From: Octopus bimaculoides
Lineage: Eukaryota
Direction: 5' to 3'
Length of the DNA stretch: 64,000 nucleotides
Assembly: GCF_001194135.2 (NCBI RefSeq)
Contig: NC_068996.1
Location: 47,677,879-47,741,878, forward strand
The notes below the pieces were generated by a model, which was not told the origin of the DNA, did no database searches, and saw nothing but the letters and a program-made list of their open reading frames with translations. A program made the translations under genes and the position numbers. Shown one piece after another: positions 1-12,924 of the stretch (its first letter is position 1; each line of letters starts with the position of its first letter).

Positions 1-620
1 ACGTGTAATCATTTTATTATCTTTACCTTATGATATTTACTTTGCTTTATATTATACTCATTTATTGAGCTTTTAATTGTTAATTTTTCTATATGTGATA
101 GTGGATTTTCATCGATGAGTTCTTGAAACTTGGTTATTTTCCCTAAAACTATATATTTTATATATATTTTATCTATAAAGCTCAATTTAATTTTATTTTT
201 TTATAAATTGATTTTAATTGAGTTTTTACCTGTAATTTTGGATTTTGTCCCTAATATTATTATTATATATATATATATATATATATATGCATGCATATAA
301 TATTATAAAGAAAGAGAGAAATATACTATGATAAAATTTATTTTATCAAGTATGTATTAATTTTATACACTCTTTCTGTTTTTCTTTTGTATAATATTAT
401 GTATTCTATGTGATTTGTAGAATGATACATTAAAGAGCCTTTTTAATGAGTATCACCAGATTACTTGAATCCACATACTGTGACTTAAATTCACACACAC
501 ACTGTAAACATTCTGATGTTTATATATAAATATGTTCATATAAATTTATAGGTATGGTGATGCACACAGGGAAAACAGAACTCAAAATATGAGTGTATGT
601 ATATCTTTATTAATATTTAG

Positions 621-665
621 TAAAAACAACAGAGTGGCTGAAGGGCCAAAACTTTTGCATATTTG
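621..665 (+). CDS. Candidate 45-nt internal exon (speculative)
   Basis: ttaatatttag| ... |gtaagt consensus donor. Open in two frames and can join the acceptor at 897/898. Confidence 0.2.
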
Positions 666-1108
666 GTAAGTGCCAACATACAAAACTCTCAGCCCTTGAG
701 TCATTCTGTTGCTTCTGCTAAATATATATATATATATAAATTTCTGTATAAATATACATACTTTACAAAGATACATTTTCATAAATTGCATAGATACACA
801 CACAGAATATATGTAATTCTCATGATTTGTTTTTTATATACATGCATATCTGTATTTGTACATGCATACAGATAAATACACTTATATATTTCTACAGGAT
901 ATAAATATACTTGTACAAAATTCACACAAGAAAAATCCGGAAACAATATTTTTGCCTGAATTTTTAGACATATATATATATATATGTGTTTGTGTGTGTG
1001 TGTGCATAAAGATTCTATAATAAAATATACAAATACTTATGTAGCATAGGTTAATCATATATATATGTATGTATTCTTGTCCCATTCTGTATTATTTATA
1101 TATATATA

Positions 1109-1154
<46 letters not shown>

Positions 1155-1212
1155 TCATTATATATATATTATATATGTATATATACACACACACATTATA
1201 TATATATATATG

Positions 1213-1272
<60 letters not shown>

Positions 1273-2204
1273 TATGAAAAGCAAAAAGACATGCAGTGTT
1301 ATAAACATTCATGTATTAAAAGTCAATATCTACATGCTTATAAAATACACACATGTATGAGTGTAAGTATGTATGTATGCCTCTCAAACAAAAATCATAT
1401 GAAAACACAGCACAGTATCACAGTATACTACATACAATGAAAATTTTTTTCTGTACATATATATATACACACACACAAAATAAAAAAAGAAAAAAAAATA
1501 TATTAACAATAATTCTGTGCAAAGTAAAGAATATTTTCAAATATATGAAATATAGGAAAAAGAAATACAAGAGTACAACATTTAACACAATATAATAAAT
1601 ATGTAGTAAAGTACAATGAAAAAGAAAATTACAAGAAAACATGCAGGTGTAAAAAATAAATATAAGAGAGTATACATTCTTGTTTACAATATATAACATA
1701 ACAATAGCTAGCACAGATGTGTACATTTATTTATAATTTAGTTAAATCTTACGTAATTATCTCTAAGGTCTTCATGGAGGTAATCAATTCCTAAACAATT
1801 AGAAATGTAGGTTTTTGTTTTGTTTTTTTCTGTTGTACTCGTAAATTCACATAAATGTAAAATACATATATATATCTACTTACTTACAAATGTAATAAAA
1901 GGAAAGATAGTATAATATAAAAATAACAATATTTGTTTGAGAATTCTTGTAAAACAAAATTAAAATTGAATTTTATATATATATACATATGCAAAAAAAT
2001 CAATATGTGAAGTAAGTTTAGGTGTCATTGTTTAGAATTTTACAAAGACTTCCAACTTGCTTTAAATGTGTGTGTATTTGCATATATATATATAGGAACA
2101 AAAGTGCTTACATATGATAAGTAAATCCTTTCCAAAAGGCTCACATCATTCTGCTTTCCAAAATGATTTTTTTAAATAGTTAATAACTTCGAAAAAGATC
2201 TTTC

Positions 2205-2273
<69 letters not shown>

Positions 2274-2438
2274 ACACATATATAAGGGAAATGGCACATG
2301 CTTTAACTCATGTACATTTGTGAAACTATTAAATGAAAGCAAATCTTTAGCAAGTCTCTACCAAGTAGAGTGTTCTAACTTTTGCTAACATTTTCTCATG
2401 TACACCAATTTGTGTGGATGTGTAGTATATATGTCTGT

Positions 2439-2488
<50 letters not shown>

Positions 2489-2511
2489 ATTTATCGATAC
2501 AAGAGATTGCA

Positions 2512-2768
2512 ATTGAACCCAATGTGCCATATGAAAACAGAATGCTGGAAACTGAAAAACGTGACACCTCAGCCATCTGATTGAGAGAATGTGGCTTCCA
2601 AGCTGAAGTCCTTACCATAGAGGTAAATTTGAGAGGTGTTGTGAGCAAAGGTGCAAATGATCTTGTGAAATAGTTCTCAGTTTTCGAGAGAAAAAAATCC
2701 AGAGCTCTTAAGGCTAATAACAGAATCAGCTAAGATTTCCAGCTGGTCAAGGAGGAATGGAAATGAAT
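2512..2768 (+). pseudogene. Decayed C-terminal restriction-like endonuclease (RLE) domain of a HERO-like non-LTR retrotransposon
   Basis: Manual translation IEPNVPYENRMLETEKRDTSAI*LRECGFQAEVLTIEVNLRGVVSKGANDLVK*...RALK / (frameshift) ITESAKISSWSRRNGNE. It follows the recalled HERO-type pattern IELTVP(W/Y)E...ECG(W/Y)...IEVGxRG...SRWIWSRRN. Contains stops and a frameshift. Confidence 0.7.
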
Positions 2769-3105
2769 TTTAGGAGGCATAATTTACCCTATAGTCAATT
2801 GTTGTATCAAACTTAACTGGTTACAATACACAAAGTACCTCAGCTCTGGGGTACCTCAACCATCCAGAAGGAATTCAAAGCAGTCAATAGTATGGAAATG
2901 ATAACAGGAATTAAAAAGGGGGTTGAGTAGGAGTTTTACGAGTTCAACAGCTGTTTCTGGGGACTTGGTAGTCCAAAATAATGCTTGTAACATAATTCCA
3001 TCATCAGATATCACAAACGTTTATCTTCAGGGAAGAATTTCCTATTTGAGGTGTTGACCAAATGGAGATTAAAGATGGAATCATTATATTACATTATATA
3101 CATAA

Positions 3106-3137
<32 letters not shown>

Positions 3138-3323
3138 CTTTCTCTGTGTGTGCATGCATGTGTGAGGGTGTGTGTAAATATTAAAGTGTAATTAATTTAG
3201 AACTATTTTAAGAATAATAACGTAATAGAGGTGAAAAATTGAATATTAATTTGATTAATATTAATTTAAAACCAGTGGCCTAGCAAATTGAAAAATCTGA
3301 AGATTCAGAAAAATTATGCTAAA

Positions 3324-3518
3324 TATATATAAGAGGGTTGACCACTAAGTGGGCATCCATTTTGCTAGAAGAATATATCTTTTCTTTTGTCTTGCTCACT
3401 TATGTTCTGGTGTTTGCTGAATTTTCTTGAGCACAATCTTTTCTTAGCGGTCAGACCATAGGTGGTCTTCTAGCAAAATGGATGTCCACTTAGTGGTCAT
3501 CTCTCTTATATATATATA
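3324..3518. repeat. Inverted-repeat (MITE-like) element, ~49-bp arms around a ~95-bp spacer
   Basis: tatatataagagggttgaccactaagtgggcatccattttgctagaaga (about 3324-3372) is the near-perfect reverse complement of tcttctagcaaaatggatgtccacttagtggtcatctctcttatatata (from 3466). Confidence 0.75.
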
Positions 3519-4691
3519 TAAAAGTTTTGTTAAATAAGCCAGAGTTTGTGATTAAGATTATATTGATTTCTAGCTTTGGTACAAGAAATTCCAGAGTTAA
3601 AGGTAAATCTGATACTCATGGTTTTAAGAAAATATTCAAAATAATTGTTAAAAAGTTTGACTTCGTATGTAAGTAATACTTCATAAGTGATCTTTCACAT
3701 TAAAATTTCAGCTTGATTAAGTGCAATAATCAATAAAGCCAAGGAATTAATATAATTGTAGTTACATAATTAAAGTTTCTTAATCTGAAATTTGGTTTCG
3801 TATTTAAGATATCTTCATTGGCATATTTATTATAAATTGGAAATGAATAGAGTGAAAGCAATAATTAATAAATGTTTAAACTTGATGATTAACACAAGCA
3901 AAATCCAAAGTTGATTATATAAAATGATGAAAGGGTTAATTGATTTAAGAGAATTAGTAAGGAAATTGAATTAGTTTGTTAACTGAGTTTCTATTTATGG
4001 GGAAATAAATAGAAAAATATGCAAACAATAATTATTAATAAATAATTGACAGCATATTTCAATATATTTCATTAATACATCAGAGGCAGGAAATAGATGA
4101 ATTAACCTACATATTTATTTGGAAAGACAATTGAAAATGAATTTAATTTTAATAACATATTTCAAGTCCCTAAAAATCCTTGTAGATGACACAAGGTTAA
4201 AATTCTCTGATAATTCCTTTCTTGGAAGAGATTTACTACAAATATAAAATCAGTACAGATCTCTTTAATAAATCTTGCCTTGCCTACAGAATGGCAAATC
4301 TATGCAATTAAATCCCATGGTTAATCTCAATACAAAGAAAAATATATATCTATAGTCTTATTTTGTTAATCTTAAGTATAGCTCGTTGTCTCATCAAAGA
4401 AATATGCATAATCAGTTGATAGAATTCACAGACTGGGTTTTGCAAAGATGTACAGCTTTGACAGTGTAGCAGAGTGAGAAAAATCGATTCTTTTCTCTTA
4501 GAATGGTTCACTTCCAATATATGTTTGATAAGCAACCAAATGAGATAAGATAACAAAATGATTAGAGCCACAATGTATTTCCACCTAATCCTGCATCCTG
4601 ACCATTCTCACAGAGGGATTACATCAATATCTAATACCAAAATATTTATAGAATGTATTTGAATAACAGATAAGTTTAATTTATTCATTAA

Positions 4692-4907
4692 CCCTTTTCA
4701 TACCAACCTACCTGAAATTGCTTTTGGGTTTTATTACACAAACTGTCTGGTTTAAAATGATTTAGATTAAGACCTTCCATCAAAATTTTATGCTTTGTTC
4801 CAATCACCAACTCAACAATGATAAAATTATTTTACTAGATACTTCATTTTTCAAAATAAATTGAAACAAAAAAGGTATATTTCAATAGAAATATAGTAAT
4901 GAAAGGG
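4692..4907. mobile_element. piggyBac-like MITE
   Basis: TTAA at 4688-4691 and 4908-4911, with termini CCCTTTTCAT / ATGAAAGGG. Related partial copies in the opposite orientation near 49250-49390 and 58960-59120. Confidence 0.65.
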
Positions 4908-6064
4908 TTAAGTGGGTCCTCAGTGAACTTGATGGCTAAAGTTTTGAAGTCCAGCAGAAGCCCACAAGATTATCCACCATCTTTTCAGCCTTGTTATGGT
5001 TGTAACTAATAACTATAAAGCATTTTGTCTTATGCCCTAACAATTCAGTCAGTCAAAACCAATGACTGAAACACAAGATTCTAACTTGATGCACTATAGA
5101 CAGCAGCCAAATCTCTCTGAAATCATCAAATGTCATTCTATCAGCTTTAAGGAATAATGGACATATTGAATAATGGGATCTGAGATGGTGGTAGTGATTG
5201 ATCTCCCTTGATTGACATAGAGGATTCTGTTGTTCAATCAACTAAATTATCTGCCCCTGAATTAACATATAGGTGGCTCAGTATTTCACATGACCATGTA
5301 CCTTAAGGTAATTCTCAGGTAAAAATCAGATCAACACTGTGAGTTACAGGTTAAATCCATTTGATAGTCCTCTCTACACTTGCTGTTTGTCCAAATTTCA
5401 CACACAAGGTATGTGTTGATCTGAAGCTCAAGAAGCTAGACAGTGGGATTGAACCTGGGACCATATGGTTATGAAACAAACATCTCAATCATTAGGCCCC
5501 ATTGAGGTAAACAGTCAAGATATGGTGGTCATAGCTAGAATTACTGCTACTACCATCATCATTATCAATAAAAATCTGTTTTCCATGCTGGCATGGTTCG
5601 GACTACAATGTCTTTGATTACAAGTATGCTTGAAAAGGGTTGGTCTGGAACTAAAGAAACAATAGAAGGATGACCTTTATTTTTTTACTTGTTTCAATCA
5701 TGGGACTGCAGCCCATGCTAGAGCACTGCTTTGAATGGGTTTAGTTTATTCAATCAAATTAATTGCAGAACTTATCTTCAGTATCGTACTTATTCTACCA
5801 ATGTTGTTGCTGAACTGTGAACTTACCAGGACATAAACAAACCATCACTGGTTATCAAACAATCATAGGCACATGCAGGTAGTCACATACATGCATAATA
5901 CAGACGCATACAACAGACTTTTTTACACTGTTTCCATGGTCCAATATTCACTCATAAGATATCTGTTAATGCAGGGCCACAGAAGGTGCTGAGCAGTGGA
6001 ATTGAACCTGAAACTCAGTAGTTGTCAAACAAAATTTTTAACTATACCTGCATTTCTTCATTAC

Positions 6065-6438
6065 TCTTTTACTTGTTTCAGTCATTTGACTGTGGCCATG
6101 CTGGAGCACCGCCTTTAGTCGAGCAAATCGACCTTAGGACTTATTCTTTGTAAGCCTAGTACTTAGTTTATCGAACCGCTAAGTTACAGGGATGTAAACA
6201 CGCCAGCATCGGTTGTCAAGCGATGTTGGGGTCCAAACACGTACACATACATATATATATATATATATACATATATACGACGGGCTTCTTTCAGTTTCTG
6301 TCTACCAAATCCACTCAGAAGGCTTTGGTCTGCCCGAAGCTATAGTAGAAGACACTTGCCCAAGATGCCACGCAGTGGGACTGAACCCAGAACCATGTGG
6401 TTTGTAAGCAAGCTACTTACCACACAGCCACTCCTGTG
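6065..6438 (-). mobile_element. tRNA-derived composite SINE, family 1 (Octopus OK/OR-like), near full length
   Basis: On the minus strand: head gcaggagtggctgtgtggtaagtagcttgc...gggttcagtcccactgcgtggc, internal (TA)n, tail ending cagtcaaatgactgaaacaagtaaaaga. About 20 copies or fragments occur in the window. Confidence 0.8.
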
Positions 6439-7069
6439 CCTATCTGTTATATTTTCTTACATAGTAGCCAGACAAATCATAACATTACATCGAGTGACTC
6501 GCAGTTTGTTAACGGATCGATAACTAAGAGAGTTAATATCATATTTCACCAACTTACATCACAATGACCGATAACTTCAAATGGAAAACTAAACTAATTT
6601 CTTCAGGAAATATCAGATTTGCTAACAGTCTACATCATATTGATTTCTAATAGAAGCACATATTTAGTGATAGGGGTGGTACGGTGAGTCGTTGTAAAGA
6701 TTGTTGTCATGTTTACATCTGTTTTGCCATGGTGGCATGATTTAGATGAAACTTAATGAAACAAATTTTCTACAGCTACATGATGCTCTTCCTGTCACCA
6801 ACCCTAACAGGATTTCCAAATCAGGTATATTCATTTCACTAGTTTTAATTATCTAAAGCAAAGGGCAAAGAAAAAAAAAACCTTGCTAAATCTATAGAAT
6901 TTTTGCTAACTGGACATTGTAAATAAAGATTTTTTTTTTTGTAGACGTAATTGCACCTAGAAAGTTCCCCTCTGAGATGCAATTCCGGGCAAGGTTGTTT
7001 ATGGAAGGCCAACAGTTGCTCATACATGTCAGCCTCCACTCTCCACACCATTATATGTACATAGGGTAA

Positions 7070-7400
7070 AAACCCCCTTCAGTCCTGAATGACCATGGGA
7101 TGGCACCCAGAAGGTTCCCCTCCGAGGTACAAGTCTGACCAAGGTTGCTTATGGAAGACCAGCAGTCGCCCATGCATACCAGCCTCTCCTCTCCATGCTA
7201 CCGATATGATCTAAGGGAAAGGCAAAGACCAATACAGCTTGAGACCAGTTACATCACAATTCCTTTTCTATAGCTTAGTGAACTAAAGCAATGTGAAATG
7301 AAGTGTCTTGCTCAAGAACAAAACACACAGCCAAGTCCACAAATTGAACTCACTACCTCAAGATTGTGAGCCTGATGCTCTAACCACTGAGCCACGTACT
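7070..7400 (-). mobile_element. tRNA-headed SINE, family 4 (Ceph-like body)
   Basis: Minus-strand head gtggctcagtggttagagc..., then ttgagcaagacacttcatttcacattgc and a body shared with the copies at 61578-61910 and 62245-62575. Confidence 0.7.
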
Positions 7401-8049
7401 TCTACAATAAACTGGTTATATTTCTATAAAACTCAAAATATTTTAACAATTTTTGCTAATACAATTCTTAATAATATTTAATTGTAAAAATATAATGGGA
7501 GTTTTTTTTAATGTTTGATGTTTTTAAGGGTCCCACTTCTCAAAAAGGGATCCGTAAGTAAAAACTGGGAACCACTGCACTAGAGTTTAAGGAATGTGAA
7601 AAATGATTAGATCAGGTAGAATCAGGGAATATCAATTTTGGAGTGGGGGATTGATGGAAAGGAAATAGGGGTAGGTAAGAAAGGAGGAGGTCATAAGGGA
7701 CAGAAGTAGGGATACAATGTGAAGTGTGTGTGTGTGTGTGTGTGTGTAGTATAAGTGGTATCATTTACAGCCTTCAGTACTTAGTGAATAGTAATCTTTC
7801 TTTCCGAATTCTTTGGAGCTGGTCCATCCTTTCCCATGCCTAAACCAAGGTGGTTTCTTTCTGGAGAGAGAGGGTGGGGAGAGAGTCTATCCTAGAACAG
7901 AGTGGGTACTCCAGTTATTGCAAGATTCTGCAAGAATGGAAAACAAAGATGAAATCTGCAAAAACTGAATTCGGAGCACAAAGATCTGGAATGAATACCA
8001 CATGGTACTGTATTTCATATTGTAATAACACTGCTAAATTGCCACCTAT

Positions 8050-8450
8050 ATATGTGTGTATACAGGCCTATATTCATATATGCGTACATTTATACATCCA
8101 AACAAACATGCATACAAACATATACACAAACATACATACATACATGCATGAATAAATCCATACAAACATACATATACACAAACAAACATACATACATACA
8201 TGCATGAATAAATCCATACAAACATACATATATGCACATATATACATGCACACACACATACATACATGCATACCTACATACACACATACATACATGCATG
8301 AATAAATCCATACAAACATACATACATGCATGAATAAATCCATACAAACATACATATATGCACATATATGTACATATATATACATGCACACACACATACA
8401 TACATGCATGCATACCTACATACACACATACATACATGTATACATATGTA
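8050..8450. repeat. Complex (ACAT/AC)-based minisatellite
   Basis: Block atgcatgaataaatccatacaaacatacat recurs four times among catacatacatgcatacctacatacacac blocks. Confidence 0.85.
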
Positions 8451-8756
8451 CGTGCAAGACATCTATCCAACCATACATTCATCCATACACACAAACTCAT
8501 TCGTCCACCCACGCATCTATCTATTACAATTGTTCATATTATTTATATATTCCAGTCATTTATATCATTCGTTATAGAGGTCAGGATCATCCCATAATTG
8601 ATTGATTTCTTCCGATTAATATTGTCATTAGCTCCACGTTTGAACTTTTGACTCCAACTCCATGGTTTCAGTAAACACAAGCATACACATACAGAGAGAG
8701 AGAGAGAGAGAGAAAGAGAGAATGCTAAATAATATATATATATACATACATATATG

Positions 8757-8787
<31 letters not shown>

Positions 8788-9786
8788 NNNNNNNNNNNNN
8801 NNNNNNNNNNNNNNNNNNNNNNNNNNNNNNNNNNNNNNNNNNNNNNNNNNNNNNNNNNNNNNNNNNNNNNNNNNNNNNNNNNNNNNNNNNNNNNNNNNNN
8901 NNNNNNNNNNNNNNNNNNNNNNNNNNNNNNNNNNNNNNNNNNNNNNNNNNNNNNNNNNNNNNNNNNNNNNNNNNNNNNNNNNNNNNNNNNNNNNNNNNNN
9001 NNNNNNNNNNNNNNNNNNNNNNNNNNNNNNNNNNNNNNNNNNNNNNNNNNNNNNNNNNNNNNNNNNNNNNNNNNNNNNNNNNNNNNNNNNNNNNNNNNNN
9101 NNNNNNNNNNNNNNNNNNNNNNNNNNNNNNNNNNNNNNNNNNNNNNNNNNNNNNNNNNNNNNNNNNNNNNNNNNNNNNNNNNNNNNNNNNNNNNNNNNNN
9201 NNNNNNNNNNNNNNNNNNNNNNNNNNNNNNNNNNNNNNNNNNNNNNNNNNNNNNNNNNNNNNNNNNNNNNNNNNNNNNNNNNNNNNNNNNNNNNNNNNNN
9301 NNNNNNNNNNNNNNNNNNNNNNNNNNNNNNNNNNNNNNNNNNNNNNNNNNNNNNNNNNNNNNNNNNNNNNNNNNNNNNNNNNNNNNNNNNNNNNNNNNNN
9401 NNNNNNNNNNNNNNNNNNNNNNNNNNNNNNNNNNNNNNNNNNNNNNNNNNNNNNNNNNNNNNNNNNNNNNNNNNNNNNNNNNNNNNNNNNNNNNNNNNNN
9501 NNNNNNNNNNNNNNNNNNNNNNNNNNNNNNNNNNNNNNNNNNNNNNNNNNNNNNNNNNNNNNNNNNNNNNNNNNNNNNNNNNNNNNNNNNNNNNNNNNNN
9601 NNNNNNNNNNNNNNNNNNNNNNNNNNNNNNNNNNNNNNNNNNNNNNNNNNNNNNNNNNNNNNNNNNNNNNNNNNNNNNNNNNNNNNNNNNNNNNNNNNNN
9701 NNNNNNNNNNNNNNNNNNNNNNNNNNNNNNNNNNNNNNNNNNNNNNNNNNNNNNNNNNNNNNNNNNNNNNNNNNNNNNNNNNNNNN
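8788..9786. other. Assembly gap (N run); others at 12244-12502, 29137-29176, 30582-30811, 41352-41666, 43927-44102, 46494-46968, 49872-50431, 57121-57524
   Basis: Runs of n, most abutting (TA)n or (TG)n microsatellites. Confidence 0.99.
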
Positions 9787-10036
9787 TGGACTGGCTCTTG
9801 TGTGGGTGGCACATAAAAGGCACCATTTCGAGCGTGGCCGTTTTCGTGCGGGTGACACGTAAAAGCACCCACTACACTCCCTGAGTGGTTGGCGTTAGGA
9901 AGGGCATCCAGCTGTAGAAACTCTGCCAAATCAGACTGGAGCCTGGTGTAGCCATTCGGTTGCACCAGTCCTCAGTCAAATCGTCCAACCCATGCAAGCA
10001 TGGAAAGCGGACGTTAAACGATGATGATGATGATGA
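9787..10036 (+). mobile_element. RTE-type retroposon 3' end, family 3, with (GAT)n tail
   Basis: ...aaaagcacccactacactc..gagtggttggcgttaggaagggcatccagctgtagaaactctgccaaatcagactggagcc...gcatggaaagcggacgttaaacg(atg)n. Many copies occur on both strands. Confidence 0.7.
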
Positions 10037-11063
10037 TATATATATATATATATATAGGTCTGTGTGAGGCCTTTTTTCTGTGTCTCTTTCACTGGTTGGC
10101 AGCGGGGTGATGGTTTCAGACAAATACCGGAGTATGTCCTCATAAATGAAACATCCCGAGTACTAAATAAGAAATACACATTAAAGGTATTGATAGCCTA
10201 ATAGCCATTATATATATGTACTTAAGTAAATTTGTTAGTAGGCTGTTATGTAGGGATAGATATATATATACCAGAGTAAGCACATAAATGTGAAACAAGG
10301 TGGGAAAAATAGTACTCAAATACAGGAGGTAGAGTATATAGGTAGGTAATGGGATTTCTAAGTAAACAGATGGATACATAAGTAAGTAGACAGACAGGTA
10401 CATAGGTAATATGGACAAACACACACACACACTCACAAAAGGAGATGGAAATACATGAACAATACACACACACACACATCCTTATATAACAGATGTATAT
10501 ACATAGTCACACAAATCCATACACATAGACACACTCGAACAAGCATATACAAGGAGGCAGAGGGATAGACACATATACACACACACACACAAACGCATGA
10601 ATATGCAGAATACATACATATATGCATACACACATACATGCATTCATACATACATATGTGCATACACAGGCACACATGCATGCTGACACACACACGAGTG
10701 CACAAACAGACATAGAAGAACGCAGCTCCAATAATGAACAGATTTAAATCCATTGACAAAGCAATGAAAATTTTAGAAGAAAAAATATAAATAATAAATG
10801 AATGGAAATAGAACCAGTGTGTGTGTTAGATTATAAGGTATTAAGACAGTATGATTCTCCCCAGACATGTTTTGCTAACAACTTGCATATACAAGTACTA
10901 CCAGTTAAAAGCTCTGCATACAAGAAACTGGTAAGAATATGAGGTCATGAGGAGAGAATGCATGCCATTTCGGGGCCTATCTTTGATGGCACCATTGCGC
11001 ACTAGCCCCCACCTCACTGAAATGAGACTCCACTTGGTAGATCAACTGGTATACAGATATAAC

Positions 11064-11369
11064 TCAATAGTCTTCTAGCCATCACTCATCGTCTCTTTTT
11101 AACCAAATCCAGTGGTTAGCCTTTTCCACTGTAGTTTGGATATCGGTCATGGTGGTATTTGCTTTATGATGAGTTAGGCCTAACAAGAACAACAGTTGCC
11201 TCACACTGTGTCTAATGAATCCTCTCCATCAAACTTCAGTTGGAAAATGCTCTGCTTTTCAGCCTGCGTCTTCACATTCCTTAACAAGGTTTATATAATG
11301 GTAAATTTTTTTAATCTGAGTGGCTTCTATGTCACCTTCATGAGGAACCAATAACTCGAATAGAATTAC
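11064..11369 (-). pseudogene. Decayed C-terminal RLE domain of a second HERO-like non-LTR retrotransposon
   Basis: Single-frame translation [98 protein letters not shown]. It matches the recalled motif ELxVPxE...LVxEC..GW.A..FP.EVGCRGF...VEKASHWIWLKR. Confidence 0.8.
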
Positions 11370-11416
11370 TACATTCTTTCTTTTGCACCACATATATATA
11401 CACACATACACATACA

Positions 11417-11450
<34 letters not shown>

Positions 11451-11508
11451 CACATCCAGATATATATATATAAAGGAGACCACTAGGTGGACTGTTAAAA
11501 TGCACACA

Positions 11509-11565
<57 letters not shown>

Positions 11566-11609
11566 ATATATGTATACATATACACATATATATACATATA
11601 TATATATAT

Positions 11610-11657
<48 letters not shown>

Positions 11658-11809
11658 GTGTGTGTGTGTGTGTGTGTATATGTATATATATATATATGTA
11701 TATATATGTGTATATGTATATATATATATATGTATATATATGTGTATATGTATATACATATACACATATATGTATATACATACATATGTGTATATGTATA
11801 CATATGTTG

Positions 11810-12190
11810 TTGTTGGCACTCCGTCGCTTATGACGTTGAGGGTTCCAGTTAATCCGATCAACGGAACAGCCTGCTTGTGAAATTAATGTGCAAGTGGCTA
11901 AGCACTCCACAGACACATGTACCCTTAACGTAGTTCTCGTGGATATTCAGCGTGACAAAGTGTGACAAGGCTGACCCTTTGAATTACAAGCACAACAAAA
12001 ACAGGAAGTAAGAGCAAAAGAAAGTTGTGGTGAAAGAGTAGAGCAGGGTTCGCCACCATCCCCCTGCCGGAGCCTCGTGGAGCTTTAGGAGTTTTCGCTC
12101 AATAAACACTCACAACGCCCAGTCTGAGAATCAAAACCGCGATCCTATGACCGCAAGTCCGCTGCCCTAACCACTGGGCCATTGCACCTC
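11810..12190 (-). mobile_element. tRNA-headed SINE with RTE-like tail
   Basis: Minus-strand head tggaggtgcaatggcccagtggttagggcagcggacttgcgg (A box TGGCCCAGTGG) and tail ...ccgttgatcggattaactggaaccctc...gacggagtgccaacaacaac. Related copy on + at 44512-44815. Confidence 0.75.
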
Positions 12191-12502
12191 CATGTATACA
12201 TATATATATGTGTATATTTATATATACATATATGCATACATACNNNNNNNNNNNNNNNNNNNNNNNNNNNNNNNNNNNNNNNNNNNNNNNNNNNNNNNNN
12301 NNNNNNNNNNNNNNNNNNNNNNNNNNNNNNNNNNNNNNNNNNNNNNNNNNNNNNNNNNNNNNNNNNNNNNNNNNNNNNNNNNNNNNNNNNNNNNNNNNNN
12401 NNNNNNNNNNNNNNNNNNNNNNNNNNNNNNNNNNNNNNNNNNNNNNNNNNNNNNNNNNNNNNNNNNNNNNNNNNNNNNNNNNNNNNNNNNNNNNNNNNNN
12501 NN

Positions 12503-12546
<44 letters not shown>

Positions 12547-12924
12547 GCATACATATATAAATATATATACATATTTATATGCATACATATATATATACAT
12601 ACATATATACATACATATATGCATATATAGATACATACATATGCATGCATACATACATATATATATATGCACACACACACATACATTCATACTTATAGAT
12701 GGATACATATCTATAAGTATATAAACTGACACACATGTAACTAAATGTGCCATGTAAAATACATAATGAACTCAGAACTGAATATGACCAAATATTGCAA
12801 AGCCATTTACCTAAGTTTATCTCACGAGCTTCCTAACGTGATGTGATTAGGATGACGTTATCACATTGGGTAAAAAGGGAAGAAAAGAAGAAGTACAAGG
12901 AAATGTGCCTAGTATACTGTTTAA

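Noticed and set aside
59-250. Minus-strand micro-exon pair (230-250 and 142-59) giving ...TKSKITGKITKFQELIDENPLSHIEKLTIKKLNK*
   Set aside because: Splice sites are plausible but acceptors are weak, it conflicts with equally weak plus-strand candidates, and no homology was recognised.
1065-1440. YI/HT/CV-repeat ORFs here and throughout (e.g. 8046-8605, 11338-11916, 14141-14981, 60241-60860)
   Set aside because: Translations of dinucleotide and tetranucleotide microsatellites, which lack stop codons by composition.
4200-4475. FLGRDLL (retropepsin-like) and DRIHRLG (LINE ORF1-like) motifs
   Set aside because: Isolated short matches in different frames, surrounded by stops, with no supporting flanking similarity.
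8543-9965. Long ORFs of 370-445 aa
   Set aside because: They are mostly X from N gaps; the same applies to ORFs over all other gaps.
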